Assembly (NCBI GenBank): GCA_047495785.1
Contig: JBLDXI010000025.1
Coordinates: forward strand, 496,001-560,000
DNA from: Lepidodermella squamata
Taxonomy: Eukaryota; Animalia; Gastrotricha
Direction: 5' to 3'
Length of the DNA stretch: 64,000 nt
The notes under the pieces are model-generated. The model worked only from the letters and a program-made list of their open reading frames with translations. It searched no databases and was not told the DNA's origin. A program made the translations under genes and the position numbers. Shown piece after piece: positions 47,438 to 59,223 of the stretch (positions are counted from its first letter, which is position 1; every line of letters starts with the position of its first letter).

Positions 47438-48770
47438 GGGTGATTCCACGAGAAAACATCACTTTTCATCGATTTATAAATTTCACATTCAGACCAAGTG
47501 TTGCATATCGTCAGATAGCTCTTGACCTAGGCCGTTAGATTCTATCATTTATTTTCGAATTCTCAGCAATTTTTTGACATTTTGACATGATTGCGTAACC
47601 CAATATTAATATTCAAAATCAAGGTGAATTTTCATCATTTTCCATAGCTGTTTGCCGTAAATAATGACTGTAGAGTTCTTTCCGTCGAGTTGTTTTTGAC
47701 TAATATTGGTATTAAGGCGTAAAAAAATTATCTAACATCAGGTGCTCGGTTTGTCAAAATGATGCATTGCGTAATATTTGCCAAACCTGTCAAAAAATCT
47801 CTGTCCGTGACGTTCGTCACCTATTTTCAATTTTTTTGGCAAGGATTAAGCGCTATATAATGAATAGTGATTTTTCCTTTTTTCTAGCCACTATGACACT
47901 TCGAATGAGACCTTTTGATCTCTACCATCCCTCGTAGTTAAGGCCCCACCCATCCGTCACGGACAGAGAATCGTGCCTTTTTCGAACAAAAGGGGAGAAA
48001 AATCAAATGGGATGGGTTGAAGGCGATGACAGATAATCAAAATCTGATTGAAGAATCGAACTCAGCTGGGTCGATTTAGTCAAGATAGTTGGTATTCAAT
48101 GAGTTGAGCTCGATTATCCAACGGTATGATGGAAATCATTAATTTATGTCTTGATTCATCGATGTTTTCCTGGCAATTGAGTGCAAAACAGCTGTTTTTA
48201 GGTAGGCATGTTAGCACTTCACCCCTGAGTTCCTAATGACACCGCGATAACATTTATTGATCTTAACTAGGGTAATAAGACCCGTAGAATCCGAATCTTT
48301 AATCATATTGGTCATCAGAAGAAGTTTTGCCGACGATTTTGACACTGTCAAATACCTCTGTCCGTGACGAAATAGAAATCTCTGTCCGTGACGGAGCATA
48401 TGCCCAGCCCATTGAAATGGGAGTTGACCGCGACTCATATGACATTAATTTTTGCTGGCTGTCGTTATTGGGCTTACATGGACATGATTTGTTTCTGACC
48501 CCTGCTCAATTTCGATTACAGAAATTGAATTTAGAAAAGGGTATATTTACAGTGTACAAACGACCTCTGTCCGTGACGAAGGCAGTCTTCCACTCACCCA
48601 CCAAAGGGTGTGGCTCGGACGAAGTCCTAATATGTTTCGAAATTGTTCAGTTAGTCGATAATAAGGTGCCCACAAAATATCTCGGCGTGAGGAGTGACTG
48701 TTATGAAAATAAATAGTTTTAAAGCTTCAAAATAAATGTGGAACCTCTGTCCGTTACGGTGGAATCACCC
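47438..48770. mobile_element. non-autonomous DNA transposon, Sola1-like
   Basis: 12-bp TIR gggtgattccac / gtggaatcaccc, 4-bp TSD attt (AWWT type), repeated internal ctctgtccgtgacg motif. Confidence 0.72.
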
Positions 48771-49084
48771 ATTTATGTTAAAATTCGAATCGCAATGTAT
48801 GTTGAGGGAATTTCATTGAACTAGAGAAAGAACAAAGGTCCCCCTTATGGTTTTTTCAGCCTTCCTCTGGTTGGGGTCCCGAAGCTGGGGTGTCGCCTAC
48901 ACCCCAGCACCACTGTAATTCGCACCCTGTAATTCCAACAGACTATCAAGGGCTTGGATTAAAAATACGAGATTCCGTGACTCGAAAGATTTTATTCCAC
49001 TTTAAACCGATTGACTTTGTCTCCCGCAATCAATGAAAGCATCTCACTTCAATTCAGCTCACAAATAATAATGCCCGTTCAACT

Positions 49085-50224
49085 CTAGCCGGAAACAGTT
49101 TTAGCGCTGTTGCACAAAAAAAAGTTAGGCTGTCTCTGATCTATCGCAGTCCACTGGCCCAGAGAATTGAGCGCCATCGACTGATATGCGCCGAAACCCA
49201 ATGTGTTGTCTTGCGGATTTTTGTAGCCCATGACTGGGGCCCAGTTGACGTAGTTCTTGTTGCTGTATGTCGTGCCATCAGCCCCTTCATAGAATAAAAA
49301 AATCAGAAAATCGAATAGGTAGTTCAAGGGAGGTGGAGAGAACTTACAGAGCCAACCATTGGTACCGACTTGTTTAATGCCCGTGTTGTATAGACCGATC
49401 CAAAAGAAGCCGTAAGTCTTGCCTATAATTTGTACAGCCTGATCGTTGTCCTCTTTGGTCAGAATGGTGGCGGGCTTGTTAGGACAAGGGCTTTGGCCGG
49501 AAGGGTAAGGACCCTTACTTGAAGTTACAAAATACTTTGGCTATGCAAATTTAATGTTTTCCTAAAGAGCGCTGTCATTAAAAGATATATATACACTTAC
49601 CGGGCCCTGCGTGGTGGGGGCGGCGGTGGTGGTTGTAGTGGTCGTGGTAGTAGTAGTTGTTGTAGTTGTAGTGGTGGTCGTGGGCGGTGGGGCTTTACCG
49701 GAGCACAGGTAATTGCAAGTCATGGCACCATTCTTCGCAATCACCTGAGGATCGCTATACGTGCAATTGATCGCTTGGAAATCCAGATGTGAGGTTGCTG
49801 AAGGTTTAACACCCACGCATAAGTTTTTGGTCGCTATATTGTAGGAACCCATGTTGATCCTGGGGCTCGTCTGCATGTCATAATTGGTGCCGTCAAACCC
49901 TGTCAATATATATCAAAAACTTTAGAACTCAAAAAAATAAGCCTTACACTTCCAAGATCCAACAGGGACATTGGGGGGAAAGGAGAGTTGCAGCCCGATC
50001 CCGAAAATGTCATCCGCTGTTGCCTTTACGACTGAAAGAGCTTTTTCCGCGCTGAGTAAGTCCCCGAACGTTACAATTTTAGCGAATCCTCCAGGACACA
50101 CCGAAGCGTCTGCGCCAGATCTCATTCGCGTGATGTCGCAATTTGAAGAACCCGTCGTAGCGTAGTATTGGGCTGCAGCGAGTCCAGCGAGAGCCGACAT
50201 GCATAGGAGTAGAGAACCAGCCAT
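49085..50224 (-). CDS. secreted protein with two C-type-lectin-like domains and a poly-Thr linker (copy 1)
   Basis: Signal peptide, FGIGL and FWIGL motifs, DGT..YVNWAP, G.W...FLC; short introns. Confidence 0.8.
49626..49682 (-). repeat. ACN codon repeat encoding poly-threonine
   Basis: Run of Thr codons between the two lectin-like domains. Confidence 0.85.
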
Positions 50225-50291
50225 TTTCAGTTAAAAGGAAATAAATTCACAGGACGAATGAGAGATGATGCGAATTATCCGAACTCCGGTT

Positions 50292-50335
50292 GTATTATAT
50301 AGGCTTAGTAAGCCATTGGGACAGCGCCCTATTTC
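50292..50335 (-). promoter_or_regulatory. candidate TATA core promoter of lectin copy 1
   Basis: Minus-strand cctatataatac about 75 bp upstream of the ATG, conserved with flanks at 57497-57540. Confidence 0.55.
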
Positions 50336-50719
50336 AAACATTTGACAGCAAAAAGCGTGACGAAGCATTTTTATGCTAAATTTAAACTCGTCTCTTTTCG
50401 GACTATTGTTTGTACAAGAACGGCTCTTATGACAGATAATTATAGACCAATTGCACCAATTTTACGACGGAAACTGAAAGTGGAACACGTGCGACACCTA
50501 AGCAGAATGAAATCGGGGAACTAAGAAAATCTTTGCTGAGAAAAATATGTTTGCAGTCATACACATATTATAAATAGAGCAAATAGAGATGGAATCTAAA
50601 ATCAAACTTAGCATCTTCAAACAAGCAGAAATGATGGATGGAGCTTCAGCTCCGGAGTATTGCGACTAACCTCGCCTGGGTGGGTCGGCTCCAGCAAATC
50701 TAACGCTCAATTCCGGGCC

Positions 50720-52650
50720 CATCGTAGTTCCGTCCGGGCGAAATTACGCAAACAGCGTTATTTTCCGCGTTTTCTTCACATGTGTTTAAAGACTTAATTA
50801 AAAATTAAATGTTTAATACAATAATTTGTAATTTGTAATTTTTTTAATTTCGTTAGCTATTAGCAACAGGGTTTCGGAAAACTTGTTTGGGAAAGACCAT
50901 GAGTGAGATCGCGATAAATGGTTGTAACGATTCCGGGGTTATTTCAATCAGGCTCTTTCATCCTTATGTGCTATTAAGAACAGCTTTTAACGGTTGATGA
51001 AGAAAACATCGAAATGTTAGAACAGCGTCATACCATCATGTGAAAATCTTATTCGGTATGTTTTAGTACAGCGGCTAATCATGTTGTTGCATTCGGGAAA
51101 AAAACACGGGTCATAAGTCGGCAATATACATAACCACCCGTTATTTATTCATAATATATCAAATTTGCAGAAGTTTAATCAATTTGGATCTTCATCACAG
51201 ATCACAAGGAAAAAAATTATCACATAGCGTTTAGTAATCAATTCAGTTTACGATTCTTAGCAGTCTTTGCTTTCGATAAAACTTGGGCAGCCAATCGACG
51301 CTTCTGTGACTGCGAAGGCATATGCGTAGCAGCAGCGTCCGAAGGGCGAGAAGACGCTATAAACCATGATGAAACCGAGTTTCGGCCCCGCTTCCCCACT
51401 TGCTGAGGTCTAGAAGAACCCGAGGCATATTTTCGTCTGTTCGTAGCAGTCGGCTGAACCGGAATTCCAGCATTCAGTCTATGCTCGTGCTGCTTCGAGC
51501 TCCATTTCGCGAACAAGCTTTCTAGAGAATCAGCGCCAATTTGGCTGACTTTTGCCATTCGAGTTGAAAGTCTTCGAGTCTGAGCGTTCAACGCACTGCT
51601 CTGAGACTGCTTCAGTAGTTCGACAACTTTGGCACAGGCTGCATTAAATTCAGAGATAGTTCGCTCCGTATCAGTATCCCTGCCAGTTTCAACATCAGCA
51701 TCAGATGGAGGAACAGCATTACTGGGAGAGAGAGGGGTCATTTCAAGCGTAATTAGTGAACCATGCGGATTAAAATCAAATGCAGATTCTGGGTGGTCAG
51801 CAAACAAACTAAGATCAGGAGCACTGCCACATGCAATCATTGACTGCAGTTGTAGCACTTCGGGATTTGCGATAATCATGTGATTAAGAGGCAAGGGCAC
51901 ATCTCGCTCCTGTGCCAGTGACATTTGATGTTTGCCAACCCGCCCAACCGCTCCATACTTACAGCTACAGATCATGTTCGCTAGATCGACGATGTAGATA
52001 TCGCCATTACCGGTTGTTATTTCGTGATGCATTTCGTCAATAGAGTTAACATGTTCAATATCAGCGTGACTACGACGCAACCATTCCGTTTTTAATTCGC
52101 GGCGCCCGGAGGAAAATTTAAGCAGCTTGTCTCGGAAAAATTGCGAAAAAGAACCGATCATGTATTCCGTCAAATCAACTGGATCATACGCCCGAACACG
52201 TGATAGTATGACGTCTTTAATAAGGCCCACGCATCTTTCGACTAGGTTATTTGTCATATGACCCATACACTCCGAGGCGCGGAATGCCATAACCCATTTT
52301 TTGAAATCGCCGAGATGACCCAATAAATAATCTCGCAGATTTTTCCTCTCCTTGACAAGAGGATCGGCGAAAATGTCCCTGCAGAAGGTCTGTAGATGTC
52401 TGCAGGAAGTCCCTCATCCTTCTCTTAGAATCCTCCGACAAAGTCTTCCACCGCAAAGCGGTGCGTCCGAATACGCAGTGGTTATGACACCATTCGATCT
52501 ATCGTAAAGATTCACTTGAAAACTCTGCGTCATCATTGCTAATTTCATTACTCACCTCAATTATGAGAGGCAGCTCATCACACCACCTATCTCTAGACTT
52601 TCTTTTACGATAAGCTTCGGGATTGTCTTTCTTCAACTGCGCTACACAAG
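50720..52650 (-). mobile_element. decayed MULE/Mutator transposon (ORF 51238-52323)
   Basis: TNNLVER motif and SWIM finger CSCxxGxxGRVGKH with the third Cys mutated; upstream frame broken; boundaries approximate. Confidence 0.7.
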
Positions 52651-53191
52651 GCAAAACCGTAAGAGTCAGTTTAGATTGACACCCGGTGATTCTGCGAAGT
52701 GGACGTCAAGCTCCTCCACATTCTTCTTCTCAGCTGGGCAATTTTCAGCTGAAGCAGCCTTTCGGGAAACGTGCTTGCCTGTCTTGCGATCAGCTCGACC
52801 ACAAACTCGTGAAAATTTTGTATCAACCTAAGTATTGCATTGATTATAAGCATGTGTTATAATAAGAAGTGGAAACTTGCCAAATCGGGCCTTCAATTTC
52901 CACTTAGCACCATCTTTGCTAAAAGACTCCATATGAGCACTGCCCGCCAGACTAGGGGGAAAACGTCAACCAGTTCATCTGGTAAAGGAACTTTAGCCAA
53001 TTCAGGCTTTCGGTGACTCGAAACACTCCTGATGGCACTTTTAGGAGCAGACTCGCGCAACTCGACACATTTTTCAGCCGCTTCAGTTTCGATACGAAAT
53101 CTGGGTTTTTTCAATGCTGAAATCATTCTCTGTAATAACGCTTGTTAGCTGCTCTATTAATGCAGAGGTGATGCTAATGCTTTTGTTATAT

Positions 53192-53450
53192 CGATATTCC
53201 TCATACAGTAAGCTCCTACTTACGTGATGAGTCCAAGCCGGGGATATTTTTCTTTTTCGCTTAAATTATAATTCACGTATTTTCATCAAAACATGTTTGC
53301 GCTCATCTTTTTTCCGAATAGCGAAAATTTCTCTCGTTCAAGCTGGTTAAACAATTGCCGGGCGGTTATTGCGTATATTATTACTGCGGCATAATTCTTT
53401 ATAATTCTACTATGTACAGTTCATCAGTAATGCTTGTTTATCAGTAATAC
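53192..53450. repeat. non-coding block duplicated at about 58422-58670
   Basis: cgatattcctcat..gtaag..tcctacttacgt.atgagtc...ttcaagctg.ttaaac present at both sites. Confidence 0.65.
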
Positions 53451-56322
53451 GTATCATGCATTAACTGTAAGAACGATCCTATATCAACTTTTTCCAAGTT
53501 CCAAGATTTCGGCCAAAACTTATCCCGGCGGGGTGCGTGATTCTTGAGCTTCAAATCAATCGAAAGCTGCGGAAAGCTGCATTCTGCTATGAATATGTAC
53601 TGACTTTTGAAAACTTTGTTAGGCTGACTGTTGTCAGTGTTTCGACTGAAGGGGGATGCTAGGAACCTTCATGGTAGTAATGGTAGTAGATGGACTCGAC
53701 ACTTTCTATCTAACGCATAATAAATCGATCGGGGAGACCGGAGAGGCAAAAAATAAGGAAATTGGTCAAGCGTTGTTTTGATCACAGAAAAAATGCTGAT
53801 TAACAATAATTTCAACCGCAAAAACAGCATCTGACCATTTTTGTTGTCGATTTCGCGCGGGCTACATGCATGCTTCAAAACAACACACATTTTGCTTAAA
53901 TTAATTGAACCGTCGCATAGATCATAGTTCGAGGAACGCAGCGATGAAAAATTTATCGGGAATTTAATTTTAGAAGCCGTTAAAATTTTGCTTTGATTAA
54001 AAGAAACCACGATCAGGCCTGTGCTTAGTGCGGAAAATATATAAGGCTTTTTCCTGCAATTTCAACTGATTTTGAGGGTGACAATGGACAAGATAAGGCT
54101 TAGTTACCGGACTAATTTGTCGATTAAAATTGAATTTTATAGAGTTCGTAGACCACGCGGCGAATTTAGTATCAAGCGATCGCATATCATCATTCAATAT
54201 ATGTATCAATTTATCATGCAATTCGGCAGACATGCTTGCATTTTAAAACAATTTAATGGCTAATATGGCAGGAATCGCAAGATTTAAAAGGGCATTTGAG
54301 GTCAATTGATATTGTGTTCCCTTTTCGACTAGGTCTCAACTATTTTTAAACAAATATATATATTGAATAATGGAAGGTTGATTGTAAATATCTGAGTCGA
54401 TATTCAAACGAAAGGGTGCTAGTATTTTTACAAAAATATACTGTATATTTGAACCGTTGCTAACTTCATTCTGAAATCAAGCGGAACTCACCTCTAACCA
54501 TCCTAACGATCCTAACGCCAACTTTTGCAACTGAAAAATTGGCTATAAAAGCCTAACCCAAAGTTAAAGGGTGTACAAATAATTATGGAATCAACGCCAG
54601 CCCAGCCATTGAAATCGCTTCACAGGCCCTTAAAGACAGTATTCGAACTCTTCACCACCATCTATATTCCAACCAACGATAAATAACCAATAATTATATA
54701 ATAACGAAATGTCATCTATACTGAAATTAATTGATTCATATCTCTGTGTCTTGAAGGCGATGTTACTAGGAATTATGTAACGCAGACCACCAATAAATCG
54801 GTATCTCTCTAACGCCGAAAAATCAAAGCGCTGAAAAATCCTTGCAAAATTAGCGATAATTACCCCCTATTCAGTTGTTCTTCGGAATAATAGAAAATAG
54901 TTTCTTATTTAGGAAGTTGAGATTTAATCATTAATTTGTTAAATAATATTTTCTTTTTTTGGCATCACAGCATACGCCTTGAGTTGCTCTTTTTGAATCT
55001 TCAAGGATCAGTTTCATATCACTAATAAATATCTACTACTATTTTATATTAGAAATATATATATATATTAATAATTTAGAAATCGCGACCCTGAAGAAAA
55101 TTGCGCGCTCGAAAAACAAACAAGTTAATCTTTTTAAAAGACCCCTTTTAATCTGTGCCCTGCCAAATCGTAGCCGTCTTCCAAATCGAGGCTTCTGGAT
55201 TCTGGATCGTATCCGGACCTATATACCGGCTGATTCAAAAAGAGAACCTTGAATTCTAAATTTATTTTCATAGGTAAGTGAAATAGGGTGTATTTCATCC
55301 GCTCACTTAAAAATCATTTTCAATTGTGAAATTCCATAGGCCGGCTAAAAATAGGCCGGCAAATTAATTTGGTGCCGTGGCAATTTCTAATGGGAAAAAG
55401 GTGTATTTATTCTCTCAGGCGAAATATGCGATTCTAGCAGTGATAATGAATAACAGAAAAACCGTCATCGCTACGAAAACTACTAGTCCTATAGGCCGCG
55501 CCCTACTTACAACTTGCAACTTTTCCAACCACTCGATGCTGATTCATCACAATGGCGTTTACAGGCTTAGTCAGGAGTTGGACCTCTTAAAACTAGCTCT
55601 ATGGCCCAACCTAAGTACAGTGCCCAGTATCATCTCCTGTACTTTAAATACAGCATCTATACTATACGTACAGTAACATTGGGCCGTACGTATGTGTAAA
55701 GCCCGATTTCCACTCAGCAGTATTCAGCAGTACGGTCAGGCGTGCTGTACTGGGCTCTACAGCTTTTTCCAGCTGTACAGCGAGTACAGGGCGTCGGACG
55801 TACTTGATGTTACAGTCCGTTTGAACAGTACTGCTGAACAGAGCCATGGACTGTACCATTCAGTACTGCTGAACACAAAAATAGGCAAAGTGCTGGCTCT
55901 TCCGCGACAAGAACGATGGTCGTAAGAGCCGACCAACCGGTGCGCGCGCCCGGACGAAACACAGACCGGATTATTCTATAGCTAACCATAGAGCATAGAG
56001 TAATCCGTCCAAATTTCTACCCTGAAAACTAATTGTTTTTGCGCTTCTAGGTACATGGTTAGCTATGCCCCGTAAAACAAGGTTTCAAGCGAAATTTGCT
56101 TGATCCGCAAATCTTTTTCTGAGAATATTTCGGAAAACCCCCAACCCGCCATTTGCATGACGCGAACGCAGGATTACATTGCAGAAATGAACGATATGAG
56201 ATTCGAGCACTCAAAACTTTTATTCCACTGTAAACAGATTGCCATCACTTCCCATTAATCAATATTAATTGAAGCAGCTCGAGCTCATCTCAACTCATCT
56301 CACAAATTACGCGCTTTCCGCT

Positions 56323-57429
56323 TCAAACGACAACATATTTAGCGCTGTTGCACAAAAAGCGGTTGGATGTCGAACGGGGCATCGAACCCCACTGGCCCTG
56401 GCCGTTTAGCGTTATCGCTTGATCCGGAAGGTAGCCCAGAGCCCACTCCTGCGGATTTTTGAAGCCCATAACCGGGGCCCAGTTGACGTAGTCTTTGAAG
56501 GTGAATCGCGTGCCATCAGCCCCTTCATAGAGAAAGAGAATATCGAATAGGTAGTTAGAGCTGCGCATAAAACTTACAGGTCCAACCCTTGCTGCTGCTT
56601 GCTATATTGTTATTGTTGTAGAGGCCGATCCAGTAGGTGGCGGCAGAGTTTTTGATGATTTCCAAAGCCTGATCGTTGTCCGCTTTGGTCAGAATGGTGG
56701 CGGCCTTGTTTGGACATGGATCTGCGGTGGAAGGACCAGCCGTTGGGTGAATGAAATACTTGCCCTGTATTGAATTTAATGTTTTAAAGAGCGCTCTCAT
56801 GACAAGTTACACTAACCGCGGTCCGAGGGGCAGCGGTGGTGGTGGTGGTGGTGGAAGTAGTAGTAGTGGGTGTGTACGGCGTCTTGCTGTCGCACAGGTA
56901 GTTGCAAGCCATTACGCCCCCGTTCTTCGCAATCACCTGAGGATCGCTATACGTGCAATTAATTGCTTGGAAGCTTACAGCCGTAGGCGATGTGAGTTTA
57001 ACACCCATGCATAGGTTTTGGGTCTCGGTATTGTAGGGGCCATAGTTGATTCTGAGGGGCGTTTTCGACACGTCTAACGGCGTGCCATCGAACCCTACGA
57101 ATGCATTCGATGAAAATGGTTCGGTCAAAACATTGTAATCAGACATCAGACTTACACAGCCATTTTCCGGTCGGGGAACTGGGGGAAAAGGCGAGCTGCA
57201 ACCCGACGCCGAAAACTTCATCCGCCGTTGCCTGAACAGCTGCAAGTGCAGCGCGTGCTCTCATGACGTAATTAACGTCCGGAATTTTTGCGAATCCTCC
57301 AGGACAGACGTTCGCACCAGATCTCATTTGCGTGATGTCGCAATTTGAAGAACCCTTTGTAGCGTACAAGTACTGTCCTGCAGAGAGCCCGACGAAAGCC
57401 GACATGCATAGGAGGAAAAAACCAGCCAT
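56323..57429 (-). CDS. secreted double C-type-lectin-like protein (copy 2)
   Basis: Paralog of 49085-50224 with the same exon layout and shared FQAINCTYSDPQVIAKNG. Confidence 0.8.
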
Positions 57430-57496
57430 TTTTCAGTAAAAATGAAATAATCCACAGGATGAATCGGAAATAGTGCGCATTAATGAAGCTTCGGGT

Positions 57497-57540
57497 GTAT
57501 TATATAGGCTTAGTGAGCCGTCGGGACAACGTCCTAATTC
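57497..57540 (-). promoter_or_regulatory. candidate TATA core promoter of lectin copy 2
   Basis: Same cctatataatac element at a similar distance from the ATG as in copy 1. Confidence 0.55.
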
Positions 57541-59223
57541 CTACTTTCGACAGCAAAAACATGACTAAGAATTTTTATGCTAATTTTTTCGGTCTGTTGT
57601 TTGTAGAATAACAGCGTTCATCAAAGAAATATACAAATTGCCCCAATTCCAAGACAAAAATTAAAAGTGTAACGCCAGTTAGCTTATAGCTCTTTTAATT
57701 GATAGGTCTGTATTGAGGTCAAATGAGGTCATTTTAGATTTCTCTCGAAGAAGGCAATGATAAGTTCTAAATTCAAAATCCAACGGAGAATTCGAATTTT
57801 CAGAGAGGGCGAAATAAGATGAACGACATACTCAGAACTATTCAGCTCCGAACTTTCGCAGCAAACCGGGCCCATGAACTAAAAAACGAAAAATTGATGA
57901 AAATAGGCTTCAACGTCGATATAATTATTACTTGAAATCACATTTTTATTGAAGACAATACTTGGTTTTATTCAATTAAATTGTTATGAAAGTCTTGAAC
58001 CCGCTTTTCCATTAAAATCTATTATCACATCCGGGTTTCGGAATGTCAAATCATTGTTTACTTTGCCAGCCAATCTTTGCCACATTACTCCCAGTGGTTG
58101 AAACTGAGTGTCACCTAAAAACACAAATTCATTATAATCAAGTTCAATCTTATTTCCTGCATCAACTATACCCTTGGATCCGTACAAAATATTTCAATCC
58201 ATCTCAATGGATATTCATGCATTCGCCAACATATCTCCGCCGCTTCTCCATCGTTTCTTCACTTCCGTCCGTCTGCACGAATTTTCTGTCGCCCATTGGA
58301 TGCAGGTTCACTTTGATCGCTTTGAATTTTCTATTTTATTCGGCGAAAACATTCCCCAGGCTATGTTAATGCTTGGCGTATATTCAAAAATACATGACCC
58401 CTGAAAACGTTTTTGTTTCTTCGATATTCCTCATGTCGTAAGATATCCTACTTACGTTATGAGTCAGATCAGGGTTAAGTTTTCTTTTTCGCTCATAACA
58501 AGTCTCAATTTTTCATCAAAACGTTCATTTCGTGTTTATTAGCTGAATAGCGCAAAAAGCTTCCCGTTCAAGCTGATTAAACGCTTGTGAGGAATGTCTG
58601 GCGTATTAGTTTTGCTATAGCATAATTATACTACGATTCGCCAGTAAGGCTCGCCTATCAGTAATAAGTGTAGGTATCGGGTATTAGGTTAAATTGTAAA
58701 AATGAGCATTATTAGGCTGACAGTTACACCGTAAAGTTCAGCCTCAAGCTGGACGTCAGGATACAGCTTTTCAATGGAAGTGTTCGAAATGTCGGTGATT
58801 TTGAGCTCCACTTCAGAATTCGTAACAATCCAGAAAATGCATTTACCTCAAAATTTCAAAGATAATAAATTGATAATAAATGATGAATATATATAAATTC
58901 CTTCGATTGATAATCCGGTGTGCCTAGGATCCAGTTTCACTTCTTGCATAAAGTTGATCCTCCCGCTATCGTTCACGCCGCTGCAAACCTGAGTCTTGAA
59001 GCTTATTTAGCAAACTATGAATCGATTTCAAGGCGCGTTGCTTGGCTGGAGTCTCGTTAATCGATGCCCACGGCACCTTTGTGTCTTAGCGTCACCAGCA
59101 ATAAACACCTCACAGTGAGCCCGTCAATAAAAAATCGACCTGCGTGCGCGCACGGCGTAGAAAGTTCGAAAAATTACACACAGCGAATAATTTTCTAATC
59201 ATTCGGTTTTCACGGAGAAAAAA

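Larger units (their letters stand above)
46727..48929. mobile_element. family-A hAT ends enclosing about 2 kb of nested sequence
   Basis: 46727-46768 matches the left part and ~48830-48929 the right part of the 43734-43879 MITE; TSD not clean. Confidence 0.65.

Noticed and set aside
50728-55960. gttccgtccgggcg / cgcccggacgaaac as TIRs of one 5.2-kb MULE
   Set aside because: Only 13 of 14 bp, no TSD, and the interval includes a block duplicated with the lectin unit.
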